The notes: generated by a model not told the origin, from the sequence alone. 62,001 nt of DNA from Yoonia sp. (GCF_036007805.1 NZ_DASYOK010000058.1:1-62001), one strand, 5' to 3'. Shown: positions 51,065 to 60,155, numbered from the stretch's first letter. A program made the numbers and translations.

Positions 51065-51957
51065 GACACTACGCCAGTAAAGCCGCCTTTCGGACGGGGC
51101 TCTGCGCAGCTTTGTGCAGCACGTTTCTTGCCATAGCCGTCAACGCCGAACAAAGCGCAGATGCGCCGCAAACACAGGCCGATGTGCTGTCAATCGGCGG
51201 GTCAGTCACGGAAATCGTAGCAGCCCTCGGTCAGGAACACCGCCTCAAGGCGCGCGACACAACGTCCAGTTATCCGCCCAGTGTCGCCGACCTGCCCGAT
51301 GTGGGTTACATGCGCGCCCTTTCTCCCGAAGGTGTGCTCTCGATTGGGCCATCACTGATACTGACCGAGGAAGGTGCGGGACCTCCCGAGGCGCTCGATG
51401 TGATACGCGCGGCAAACATAGATCTTGTCGAGGTGCCCGACGCCCTGAGCGTTGCAGGCATCCTGCGCAAGATCGAGATCGTGGGCCAGACACTTGGTGT
51501 GCCTGAACGCGCCGCCGGATTGATGGCGGAAGTCGAGGCCGATCTCGTGGCCGCGCTTACGGACGCCGAACACCCCGAGGACGGCAAGAGGCGCGTGCTT
51601 TTTGTGCTGTCCACGCAGGGCGGCAAGATCAATGCCTCTGGCACAGGCACGGCAGCGGACGCGCTGATCCGCATGGCAGGGGGTGTGAATGCGGTCTCCG
51701 ATTACGAAGGCTACAAACAGATCACCGACGAAGCGGTCGGGCTGGCCGCGCCCGATGTGATCCTGATGATGGACAGGGGCGGCGATCATGGGGTGGCAGA
51801 TGACGAATTGTTCGCCATGCCGGCGGTCCGGTTGACACCTGCCGCGCAAACGCGTTCGATCGTGCGGATGGATGGCCTGTTGATGCTCGGTTTCGGGCCG
51901 CGCACGGCGCAGGCCGTGCAGATGCTGAACGACGCGCTTTATGCAAAAGGAACCTGA
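51061..51957 (+). CDS. hmuT: Haem ABC transporter substrate-binding protein
   Basis: GGSVTEIV, DTTS.YP, VGYMRAL (Tyr ligand) and GFGPR motifs. Confidence 0.94.
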   Translation: MRHYASKAAFRTGLCAALCSTFLAIAVNAEQSADAPQTQADVLSIGGSVTEIVAALGQEHRLKARDTTSSYPPSVADLPDVGYMRALSPEGVLSIGPSLILTEEGAGPPEALDVIRAANIDLVEVPDALSVAGILRKIEIVGQTLGVPERAAGLMAEVEADLVAALTDAEHPEDGKRRVLFVLSTQGGKINASGTGTAADALIRMAGGVNAVSDYEGYKQITDEAVGLAAPDVILMMDRGGDHGVADDELFAMPAVRLTPAAQTRSIVRMDGLLMLGFGPRTAQAVQMLNDALYAKGT

Positions 51958-51960
51958 CCG

Positions 51961-53028
51961 GTGACTGTCGTATCGGATATCGCGGTCGCCCCGCGCGACC
52001 GGTTGAACCACGCCCGCGCCTTGCACTGGGTTCTTGCGGCAGCCCTTGGGCTGGCCTGTCTTGTGAACCTGCAGGTTGGCGCAACAGATGTCACCCTGTC
52101 ATCCGTGCTGGCAAAACTGGCGCAGGGTGAGACGCTGAGCCAGATCGAGCGCGTGGTGCTGTTTGACATCCGCCTGCCCCGGCTTGCCATGGGAATACTG
52201 GTCGGTGCGGCCTTGGCCGTATCAGGGGCTGCGATGCAAGGTCTGTTCCGCAACCCGCTGGCCGACCCGGGCATCGTTGGCGTGGGGGCCGGTGCGGGAC
52301 TGGGTGCGATCCTTGCCATCGTGCTGGGCGCACTCTTGCCCGTCTGGATGATCGACCGCGCAGGCAACCACCTTGTGCCCTTTGCCGCCTTTCTGGGCGG
52401 CTGGATCTCGACCATTCTGCTCTATCGCGTCTCCACACGGCACGGGCGCACATCTGTGGCGACGATGCTACTGGCGGGCATCGCGCTCGGCGCATTGGCG
52501 GGGGCCTTGTCGGGTATCCTCGTCTATATCGCCGATGACAGACAATTGCGCGATCTAACCTTCTGGGGTCTGGGCTCGCTTGCGGGTGCGAGCTGGGCCA
52601 AGGTGCTGTCCGCCGCTCCGTTGATCCTTCTCTCCATCGGTACGGCAGTGATGCTGGGGCGCGGGCTTAACGGGCTGGCGCTGGGTGAGGCGACCGCCGC
52701 CCATATCGGCATCAATGTGCAGCGCATGAAATCTGTGGCGATCCTTGCCGTCGCCGGTGCCACCGGTGCGGCGGTCGCTGTGTCGGGCGGGATCGGGTTT
52801 ATCGGGATCGTGGTGCCGCATCTGCTGCGTCTTGCCTCCGGTCCGGATCACCGGACGCTGCTGCTCAATTCAGCACTACTTGGCGCGACCCTGCTGATCC
52901 TCGCAGATGTCATCGCACGCGTGGTTATTGCCCCCGCAGAACTGCCCATCGGGATCGTGACGGCCGTCCTTGGCGCACCGGTCTTTTTGTGGATACTACT
53001 CAAACGTCGTGGATTGGTGGAACTATGA
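51961..53028 (+). CDS. hmuU: Haem ABC transporter permease (FecCD)
   Basis: IRLPR, FRNPLADP and IGFIGIVVPH motifs. Confidence 0.95.
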   Translation: MTVVSDIAVAPRDRLNHARALHWVLAAALGLACLVNLQVGATDVTLSSVLAKLAQGETLSQIERVVLFDIRLPRLAMGILVGAALAVSGAAMQGLFRNPLADPGIVGVGAGAGLGAILAIVLGALLPVWMIDRAGNHLVPFAAFLGGWISTILLYRVSTRHGRTSVATMLLAGIALGALAGALSGILVYIADDRQLRDLTFWGLGSLAGASWAKVLSAAPLILLSIGTAVMLGRGLNGLALGEATAAHIGINVQRMKSVAILAVAGATGAAVAVSGGIGFIGIVVPHLLRLASGPDHRTLLLNSALLGATLLILADVIARVVIAPAELPIGIVTAVLGAPVFLWILLKRRGLVEL

Positions 53029-53807
53029 GCCTGATTGCCGAAGATATCCGCGTTTCTTACGGCAAGCACGCGGCGCTGCGCGGCGTGAGCCTGACAGCCC
53101 TGCCCGGAGAGGTGACCGCCATCGTTGGCCCCAACGGCTCCGGAAAATCCACCTTGCTCGGGGCGATTACGGCCTCACTGCCCTATCGCGGTGCGGTCAG
53201 CCTGAACGGACAGGACATCAGCGGCATGAAACCATGGCAGCTTGCGGCACAGCGCGCGGTCTTGCCCCAAGCGTCGCGCCTCGCGTTTCCGTTTACCGTC
53301 ATGGAGGTGGTCCGGCTGGGCCTGCAATCCGGCACGGCCGGAGACAGACCCGAGGTGCCTATGCAGGCGCTCGCCCGCGTCGGCCTCGCGCATTACGCTG
53401 ACCGGACCTTTCAGGAATTGTCCGGCGGCGAGGCGCAAAGGGTCATGCTTGCCCGCGTTCTGGCGCAGGTCTGGGCCCCTGTCGAGAACGGTCAACCGCG
53501 CTGGCTCTTGCTGGATGAGCCGGTCTCGAGCCTCGATATCGCACACCAGCTCCAGGTGATGGACATCGCACGCGGATTTGCCCGCGCAGGTGGCGGGGTC
53601 ATTGCCGTGATGCATGATCTGAACCTGACTGCACTTTATGCCGACCGCGTCGCGCTGCTTGCGACAGGCAAACGCATGGCCTTCGGGCAGCCGCAGGAGG
53701 TACTGACAGACGAGATATTGTCGGACGCCTACGGCTGCGCCCTGCGCGTCTCGGCCCCACCGCCCGCCGGCATACCCTTTATTTTGCCGCACGCAGCATC
53801 GGCCTGA
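53025..53807 (+). CDS. hmuV: Haem ABC transporter ATPase
   Basis: GPNGSGKST, LSGGE.QR..LARVLAQ, LLDEP and HDLN motifs. Confidence 0.95.
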   Translation: MSLIAEDIRVSYGKHAALRGVSLTALPGEVTAIVGPNGSGKSTLLGAITASLPYRGAVSLNGQDISGMKPWQLAAQRAVLPQASRLAFPFTVMEVVRLGLQSGTAGDRPEVPMQALARVGLAHYADRTFQELSGGEAQRVMLARVLAQVWAPVENGQPRWLLLDEPVSSLDIAHQLQVMDIARGFARAGGGVIAVMHDLNLTALYADRVALLATGKRMAFGQPQEVLTDEILSDAYGCALRVSAPPPAGIPFILPHAASA

Positions 53808-53818
53808 AAGGAGCCCAC

Positions 53819-54568
53819 ATGCGATTGACCGCTCTGTTTTTTGTGCTCGCCCTGCCTGCGATGGCCAAACCTGTTGCCGATATCGTCGTTCTTGGCGAGG
53901 TCCATGACAACCCTGATGCACATCTGGGGCAAGCCGCCGCCTTGCAGGACCTGCGGCCCACCGCGGTCGTGTTCGAGATGCTCACCGCAGAACAGGCCGC
54001 GCGCGCTGACGCCGACCGGACCCAGATCGCCGCCGCATGGGAGGCAAGCGGTTGGGGTGATTTCCCGATCTATGCGCCGGTCTTTGAGGCCATGGGCGAT
54101 GCGCGCATCGTCGGTGCTGCAGCCCCGCGCGACGCGATCCAGCGTGTCTACAGTGATGGTGCAGCTGCCCTTTTCGGTGAAGACGCCGCGCGTTTCGGTC
54201 TGGACGAGCCTTTGCCGGACAGCCAGCAAGAGACACGCATGCAACTACAATTCGAGGCGCATTGCGAAGCCATGCCGTTTGCGATGATGGCGGGTATGGT
54301 CAGCGTGCAGCGCTACCGCGATGCGGTTTTTGCCCGCGCCGCACTTGAGGCGCTCGAAACCTACGGACCACCCGTCGCCGTGATCGCCGGAAACGGCCAC
54401 GCCCGCACCGATTGGGGTGTACCCGCCAAGATCGCCAGAGCGGCCCCTGACGTGACAACCTATGCGATCGGCTTTGTCGAAGAAGACGCAGGACTTCCTT
54501 TCAACGAGGTCCGCATCGTCCCACCCGCTGAACGCGACGATCCCTGCAAATCCCTGACATCCAACTAA
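53819..54568 (+). CDS. ChaN/PhuW-family haem-associated periplasmic protein
   Basis: LGEVHDNP..H, FEM, AHC, Q..RD and GNGH motifs. Confidence 0.88.
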   Translation: MRLTALFFVLALPAMAKPVADIVVLGEVHDNPDAHLGQAAALQDLRPTAVVFEMLTAEQAARADADRTQIAAAWEASGWGDFPIYAPVFEAMGDARIVGAAAPRDAIQRVYSDGAAALFGEDAARFGLDEPLPDSQQETRMQLQFEAHCEAMPFAMMAGMVSVQRYRDAVFARAALEALETYGPPVAVIAGNGHARTDWGVPAKIARAAPDVTTYAIGFVEEDAGLPFNEVRIVPPAERDDPCKSLTSN

Positions 54569-54578
54569 GGAGAAAAAG

Positions 54579-54905
54579 ATGTACCTCGCGATGAACCGTT
54601 TCACTGTACCCTTGGAAAATGCCGCTGAATTCGAAGAGCTTTGGCTGACCCGGGAAAGCAAATTGCAGGACATGGACGGTTTCGTGTCCTTCCACATGCT
54701 GAAGGGCCCCGAGGACGACGGCAAAATCCTCTATGCCTCGCACACCCTGTGGCAGTCAGAGGCGCATTTCCGCGCATGGACAACCAGCGCGGAATTCCGC
54801 GCCTCACACGCCCGCGCGGGTCAAAGCCGCAAGCTGCACGAGGGCACGCCGCGTTTTGAGGGGTTCACCACAATCCAGCAGATCGACACTTTGCAAAGCG
54901 TATGA
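54579..54905 (+). CDS. ABM-family haem-degrading monooxygenase (IsdG/HmuQ-like)
   Basis: MYLAMNRF, YASHT.W and F.AWT.S..FR..H motifs. Confidence 0.9.
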   Translation: MYLAMNRFTVPLENAAEFEELWLTRESKLQDMDGFVSFHMLKGPEDDGKILYASHTLWQSEAHFRAWTTSAEFRASHARAGQSRKLHEGTPRFEGFTTIQQIDTLQSV

Positions 54906-54942
54906 CGTCTGAAACCGCCATGCGATTTGGCAAATCTATGTT

Positions 54943-55002
54943 CTTGACTAAAACTGTCGGGTTATTGTAGGCATAGCGCATAACCTGACTTATTTTGTCA
55001 GA
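54943..55002. promoter_or_regulatory. Tandem Iron-Rhodo boxes upstream of the hemP operon
   Basis: CTTGACTAAAACTGTCGGG (54943-54961) and CCTGACTTATTTTGTCAGA (54984-55002). Confidence 0.72.
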
Positions 55003-55022
55003 ATACCGCAAGGCATCGTGCG

Positions 55023-55250
55023 ATGCCCGTCCAAGCCACCACGAACGGCAGCCCGGATGTCAACTATAAGGATGAAATCGCAATGACACCCGTCTCTCGG
55101 GCAACCAGCCAGAAGCCTGAAACTGCCAGCTCTACATGGCGTGAAATCGTGCAATCCGGTGCCGATAGCGCGCAGATAGAAGGGTTTGCGCTTGAGCATC
55201 TAATCGACTTGCAACGCAATCGTATGCGCACGACAGGAGAGGGTCGATGA
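55023..55250 (+). CDS. Possible small hypothetical protein
   Basis: Stop overlaps the hemP start (ATGA); no recognisable motif. Confidence 0.3.
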   Translation: MPVQATTNGSPDVNYKDEIAMTPVSRATSQKPETASSTWREIVQSGADSAQIEGFALEHLIDLQRNRMRTTGEGR

Positions 55251-55420
55251 GCCTGATGCAAAATCTGCCCCGCCCCGGGTCCGTCGACAGGACCGCTGAC
55301 ACGGACACCTACGACGCACGCGATCTGATCCGCAACGGTCTTAAGGCCGACATCGTGCTGGATGGCCAGACCTACACCCTGCGCATCACACGCGCGGGCA
55401 AGCTGATCCTGACCAAATGA
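55247..55420 (+). CDS. hemP: Hemin uptake regulator HemP/HmuP (57 aa; not in the ORF track)
   Basis: Hand translation ends GQTYTLRITRAGKLILTK*, the HemP signature; AGGAG RBS. Confidence 0.93.
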   Translation: MSLMQNLPRPGSVDRTADTDTYDARDLIRNGLKADIVLDGQTYTLRITRAGKLILTK

Positions 55421-55899
55421 CAGGTACCGCACACACCAAAGGCGCCAGCGTGGTCGGTCAACTGACTGACATCGCACCTTGGGAAGCCGAGCTGATTATG
55501 TCCGTCCGGTTCTGGATGGCGGGTCCTGACAGTCAGGCCGAAGTCTGGAACGGTTTTGCGCATAGTTTTGGGGCCACCGAGGGCCTTGCAGAGTTGCGCA
55601 ATTTCGAATGCCTGCTGTCCGATCTGTGCAGGTTTGCCCGCAGGCCGCTTGTCCGGCACGGGCTTGGGTGCACCTGTATCGGTTCGGACGAAGCGATCCT
55701 GCAAACCCTTGTCCGCGAAGCCGCGCGCGGTGATCTGGCCGAGGCGGCGATGATCGCATCCCTGCTTGTGCCCGCACGCCATGCTGAACCGGTTGCCCTG
55801 ATGGCAGCACGGGTTGGCCTTGCGATGCAGCGCCTGGTCCAAACAGGGCCGGCCACATCCCTGCCCCGCCACAAACCCGAAGACCGCACCCTGCATTGA
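55417..55899 (+). CDS. Conserved hypothetical protein with a CxC motif
   Basis: ATGA-coupled to hemP; RRPLVRH..GCTCIGSDE. Confidence 0.8.
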   Translation: MTGTAHTKGASVVGQLTDIAPWEAELIMSVRFWMAGPDSQAEVWNGFAHSFGATEGLAELRNFECLLSDLCRFARRPLVRHGLGCTCIGSDEAILQTLVREAARGDLAEAAMIASLLVPARHAEPVALMAARVGLAMQRLVQTGPATSLPRHKPEDRTLH

Positions 55900-55953
55900 A
55901 CAATACACAACAGCCAGAACGGGCACCGTGCCCAAACATCCAGCGAGCCTATC

Positions 55954-56214
55954 ATGTCCAAAATCCCCAGCCCCTGCATCAGCGTCTGCAAATTCAAACG
56001 CGAAGGCCACTGTATCGGATGCTCCATGACCAAAGCGCAGAAGTCGACCTTCAAGGCTTTGAAAAAGAACAAACACCGCGAGGCCTTTGTCGCGCTTGTC
56101 GTCGCGCAACAGGCCGTGATGGGGCGCTACAAACATTGGGAACAGGCTTATGAAAAGCGGTGCCGCAAGAAAAAGGTGACCCTCACGATGCTGGATGGCG
56201 GGAAGGCCGCATGA
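55954..56214 (+). CDS. DUF1289 Cys-rich small protein
   Basis: PSPCISVCK...CIGC. Confidence 0.88.
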   Translation: MSKIPSPCISVCKFKREGHCIGCSMTKAQKSTFKALKKNKHREAFVALVVAQQAVMGRYKHWEQAYEKRCRKKKVTLTMLDGGKAA

Positions 56215-56681
56215 ACAGATTGCGCCATGAAAGACCCAAGAACAAGGACCGAGACGCCTTGACCGCATCCCTTTGCCGGACCCTAGACGACCGCGCATTG
56301 ACGCCGGACGTTACGTGCTCTTCGGACGGCTTGCTCGACCATTTGCGCGATGTCGCGCGCACCAACCGATGCAAGGCGCATATCGAGCTTTTCGGTGCCT
56401 GTGCCGCTCTGTCCACAAACCGCAATGTCGCGCGGCACGCGGCGGCAGAAGTGCTGGTGCGCTGCCTGTCGCAGGCCTTGCAACGCCGACCTGCCTTTTT
56501 TCGTGTTGGAGAACAGGAGACGTCGTTTGACGAAAAATGGCTGATCGCATTAGCCCGCAGCCTCAAGAACGGCGATGAGAGCAGCGCCGCGTTCCTTCTG
56601 AACTCGCGCGTTCCAAAACACGCACACCGAAATCTGGTGTTCCTTCTACGCAATGTAACTGACAGTTTTACTCAAGTTTAG
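56211..56681 (+). CDS. Conserved hypothetical protein, distant paralogue of 55417-55899
   Basis: ATGA-coupled to DUF1289; RRP..FR.G..ETSFDE.WL. Confidence 0.78.
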   Translation: MNRLRHERPKNKDRDALTASLCRTLDDRALTPDVTCSSDGLLDHLRDVARTNRCKAHIELFGACAALSTNRNVARHAAAEVLVRCLSQALQRRPAFFRVGEQETSFDEKWLIALARSLKNGDESSAAFLLNSRVPKHAHRNLVFLLRNVTDSFTQV

Positions 56682-56693
56682 AATCGTTCTAAA
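56658..56693. promoter_or_regulatory. Iron-Rhodo box immediately followed by a perfect ICE (Irr) box, upstream of dps
   Basis: ACTGACAGTTTTACTCAAG (56658-56676) and TTTAGAA-TCG-TTCTAAA (56677-56693). Confidence 0.82.
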
Positions 56694-56790
56694 GTCGCTT
56701 GCCCGATGCAATTCCACCATATATAAAGGTGGTGCAAGCCAGCTAACCGCCAGCCAGCACAGAATTTCTTTTTTGATGCAGGAGGCACCC

Positions 56791-57261
56791 TTGACCCAAA
56801 CCGCCCAAACACTTTCAACCGACGCAACCACACAGATTGCCGAGGCACTTAATCAATGCGTTGCAGAAACCGCAGTGACCACGATGCTGGCACAGAACTT
56901 TCATTGGAACGTGACCGGCATGGCCTTTGGCCCCCTGCACGATCTGTTCCAGAAGATCTACGAAGACCACTTCGTCGGACAGGACGATCTGGCCGAACGG
57001 ATCAAGGCGCTTGACGCCCATGCCGAAGGCACGCTTGCCGGTATGTTGAAACGATCCAAAGTCGCCGAAGTTGATGGTGTGCCCGCTGCCGAAGAGATGA
57101 TCCGCCTCATGAAGCAAGCACAGGAAACACTGGCCGAGACCATAGCCGGTGCAGGTGAACTTGCCGCAGATCATGGCGACACGCTGACTGAAGATCTCTG
57201 CATTGCACGCGGCCAGGTCCATGAGAAATTCGCATGGATGCTGCGGTCGCACCTGGCGTGA
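56791..57261 (+). CDS. dps: Dps-family miniferritin
   Basis: FHWNVTG..F..LH..F...Y, D.LAER and HEK..WML motifs; GGAGG RBS before TTG. Confidence 0.95.
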   Translation: MTQTAQTLSTDATTQIAEALNQCVAETAVTTMLAQNFHWNVTGMAFGPLHDLFQKIYEDHFVGQDDLAERIKALDAHAEGTLAGMLKRSKVAEVDGVPAAEEMIRLMKQAQETLAETIAGAGELAADHGDTLTEDLCIARGQVHEKFAWMLRSHLA

Positions 57262-57302
57262 TCCAAGCCGGACGATCGTGGTCCTGCACCCCTCGGGAAA
57301 AG

Positions 57303-57321
57303 ACATACTAATTTAATCAGG
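57303..57321. promoter_or_regulatory. Iron-Rhodo-like box upstream of the exbBD-tonB operon
   Basis: ACATACTAATTTAATCAGG. Confidence 0.5.
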
Positions 57322-57418
57322 TATTGAACGCGACCCCGCTGGATGGTAACAGATTGCCATCCAGCAAGGGTGCGTCACCCCAGCCAGATGACCCAAGGGG
57401 AAATCGAAGGCTGGGAAA

Positions 57419-57853
57419 ATGTTCAAATTCAAATCAGATCGCGCAGCTGTAATTCTGGCTACCTGTTTGTCGGCTGCCCCCGTGCTTGCGCAAGATGCGC
57501 AGGGCGCGCACATATCTATCGAACTCAATGCAGTAGAGCCTGTCGAAGACGCCTGCCGGATCAGTTTTCTTGTCCAGAACGGACACAGCATTGATATCGA
57601 ACAAGCAGTCTACGAGGCAGTGCTTTTTGACACACAAGGACGTGTTGACCGGCTCACACTCTTTGATTTCGGCGCCCTGCCCGCAGCGCGGCCCCGCGTG
57701 CGGCAATTCGTGGTGCCCGGTCTTGCCTGTGCGTCATTGGGAAGTCTTCTGATCAACGGTGCCGAAACCTGTGCCGGAGACAATCTGCCTGCAGGTGCTT
57801 GCAGCACAGGGCTCGCACTCGACAGCCGCACCGATGTCGAGGTGCTGGGATGA
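57419..57853 (+). CDS. Secreted Cys-containing hypothetical protein coupled to exbB
   Basis: Signal peptide; IELN...CR, VLFD..G.V.RLTLFDF and RVRQF motifs; four mature-region Cys. Confidence 0.85.
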   Translation: MFKFKSDRAAVILATCLSAAPVLAQDAQGAHISIELNAVEPVEDACRISFLVQNGHSIDIEQAVYEAVLFDTQGRVDRLTLFDFGALPAARPRVRQFVVPGLACASLGSLLINGAETCAGDNLPAGACSTGLALDSRTDVEVLG

Positions 57854-58500
57854 TCACCGCACTTCAAGAAAGCATACAGCGCATTGCCGCGCTTGGCGGG
57901 CCCGTCGTCCTGCTACTTTGCGTGCTTTCGGTTCTGGTTCTGGCGGTGGTTCTGTTCAAACTCTGGCAATTCGCGGCGGCAGGTGTCGGACGCCACAAGG
58001 CCCTGCGGGACGCCATCGCAGCCTGGGATACAGGCGACCGGACAGCAGCGCGCGATCACCTGTCGCGCTCGCGCAGCTATCTGGTTCCGGTGGTCACCAT
58101 GGCGCTTGACGGCCAGACGGGCGCGGCGCGCCTTGAAGCAGAGGCCGAGGCACGGTTTGCCCGACTGGAAAGCGGCTTCAGGTTTCTCGATTCTGTCGCC
58201 CAGCTTGCCCCGCTCTTGGGTCTGTTCGGCACCGTTCTTGGCATGATTTCGGCATTTCAGGCGCTTCAGCAGGCAGGGAGCCAAGTCGACCCCGCGATCC
58301 TTGCCGGTGGCATCTGGGTGGCCCTGTTGACCACTGCTGCAGGCCTTGCCTTGGCGATGCCGACCTCGGTCATCCTAAGTTGGCTCGAGACCCGCATGGA
58401 TGCAGACCGCGTGCTGGCGCAAAAGGCCCTGCACACAGTGCTGTCGCCTTCAGGTGTTCGTAAAGTCATGGACCCACACGGTGTCGCCGCCCATGCGTAA
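57850..58500 (+). CDS. exbB: MotA/TolQ/ExbB proton channel
   Basis: APLLGLFGTVLGMI and GIWVALLTTAAGL motifs. Confidence 0.93.
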   Translation: MITALQESIQRIAALGGPVVLLLCVLSVLVLAVVLFKLWQFAAAGVGRHKALRDAIAAWDTGDRTAARDHLSRSRSYLVPVVTMALDGQTGAARLEAEAEARFARLESGFRFLDSVAQLAPLLGLFGTVLGMISAFQALQQAGSQVDPAILAGGIWVALLTTAAGLALAMPTSVILSWLETRMDADRVLAQKALHTVLSPSGVRKVMDPHGVAAHA

Positions 58501-58873
58501 CATGCGACGCAGGCGCAGGCTGTCGATGACATCCCTGATTGACGTCATCTTCCTGCTGCTTCTGTTTTTCATGCTGTCCTCGACATTCACCCGCTTCTCC
58601 GAGGTCGAGTTTGCCGCGGCCCGCTCAGGGGAAACTGCATCCACTGAACGTCCGGTCTTTTTGTCGCTGGCCGCAGTATCGTTGCGCCTGAACGGCTCGG
58701 AAACGGCTCTTGATAGTTTGCCCTCGGCGCTCGCCGCGCACAGGAACGGTGATACCCCCCTTGGGGTGCTGCTCTCGACCGGGGCTGATGTGACTGCGCA
58801 GCGATTGACCGACCTGCTTGTGGCTCTCCGTGCGATCCCGCATGTCACTGTCACGGTTCTGGAGGCGACATGA
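58493..58873 (+). CDS. exbD: ExbD (copy 1)
   Basis: MTSLIDVIFLLLLFFML. Confidence 0.9.
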   Translation: MRNMRRRRRLSMTSLIDVIFLLLLFFMLSSTFTRFSEVEFAAARSGETASTERPVFLSLAAVSLRLNGSETALDSLPSALAAHRNGDTPLGVLLSTGADVTAQRLTDLLVALRAIPHVTVTVLEAT

Positions 58874-59256
58874 AGCAGCGCCGCAAACGAAGCGAACGCG
58901 AACCGACCATCGCATTGATCAATATCGTTTTCCTGATGCTGATCTTCTTTCTTGTCGCGGGCACACTAGTCACACCGCTGGACAAAGATCTGCGCCTGGT
59001 TCGCACCGCTGATCTTGCGGGTGCCGCACCCGCGGAAGCGCTGGTTTTGCACGCCGACGGGCGCATGACCTATGAAGGTGGCGTCGTCACCTCGGCTGCG
59101 GATTTTGTCGCCAGCCTGCCCGAACCTGCGCGTGCACGCGTGCGGATCATCCCCGACCGTGATCTGCCTGCGGCCACGCTGGTCGCCCAAGGCCGCGCCT
59201 TGCGCGTGGCGGGCGCGGACCGCGTTGTGATTGTTACCGAACAGGGGTTGGAGTGA
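58870..59256 (+). CDS. exbD: ExbD (copy 2, Asp to Asn)
   Basis: TIALINIVFLMLIFFLV; ATGA overlap. Confidence 0.88.
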   Translation: MKQRRKRSEREPTIALINIVFLMLIFFLVAGTLVTPLDKDLRLVRTADLAGAAPAEALVLHADGRMTYEGGVVTSAADFVASLPEPARARVRIIPDRDLPAATLVAQGRALRVAGADRVVIVTEQGLE

Positions 59257-60155
59257 TGCGCCACGCCGGTCCGGCCAAGTTAGTGGCCCTGTCTCTGGCC
59301 CTTGTTGCCCATAGCGCGCTGGCCATTACGTTTGTCGCACCGGAAACGCCACAGACCGAAGGTGGCGGCGGTGCCGCCGAGGTCCGGCTGGGCAGCGCAT
59401 TTGCAGACATGGCGGTCGGCACCCTGAGTGCTACGCGACCGGAAGCGGCCCAAGAAACGTCACCGACAGAGATAACACCAGAAAAAACAGCCGATCAGGC
59501 CGTGCCAGTTGAAGCAGAGACAGTGCCACCCGAACACGTGACCGCGACTGCCGAAAGCGAAACGCCCGAGCGCATTGCACCCACGCAACCTTTGCCTGTG
59601 ATGCGCGACACCGCCTCCGCAACGCCTGAAGCGGTACCGCCGCGACCGGCACGGATCGTCGCCGAAACCGCCGACAGCCTTGCTGTGGCACGCTCAATGC
59701 GCCCTCAGGCACGCCGCGCAGATTTCGTGGAGACACAGGTGCCCGTGCAGGCGGCGGCGTCGCGCCAGCAACCACCAGCAAGGCCCGCGCTGGGAAATGC
59801 AGATCGCAACGCGCAGGCGGGTGAATCAGCGGGAAATAAAGAGGCCATAGCACAACAAAGCGGGCCCGGCGGGCGCCAGCAGGCAGCGGGAAATGCCGCG
59901 GCAAGCAACTACCCCGGTCTGGTCATGCGGATCTTGTCACAGGCAGGCAAACCGCACGTGAATGCGCGGGGCACCGCTGTGGTATCCTTCAGCATCGACC
60001 CGCAGGGCGGATTGGCTTCGGTATCATTGGCGCAGCCTTCAGGCTCGGACGTCTTGGATCAGGCAGCGCTGCAGCTGGTGCGTGGCGCCGGCCCCTTTCC
60101 TACCCCGCCATCAGGTGCGCGTCGCAGCTTTTCGATCCAGATCGAAGGGCGTTAG
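59253..60155 (+). CDS. tonB: TonB energy transducer
   Basis: TM helix with His, Pro/Glu-rich linker, C-domain G...V.F.I...G...SG..VLD.AA...PFP.PP. Confidence 0.9.
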   Translation: MMRHAGPAKLVALSLALVAHSALAITFVAPETPQTEGGGGAAEVRLGSAFADMAVGTLSATRPEAAQETSPTEITPEKTADQAVPVEAETVPPEHVTATAESETPERIAPTQPLPVMRDTASATPEAVPPRPARIVAETADSLAVARSMRPQARRADFVETQVPVQAAASRQQPPARPALGNADRNAQAGESAGNKEAIAQQSGPGGRQQAAGNAAASNYPGLVMRILSQAGKPHVNARGTAVVSFSIDPQGGLASVSLAQPSGSDVLDQAALQLVRGAGPFPTPPSGARRSFSIQIEGR

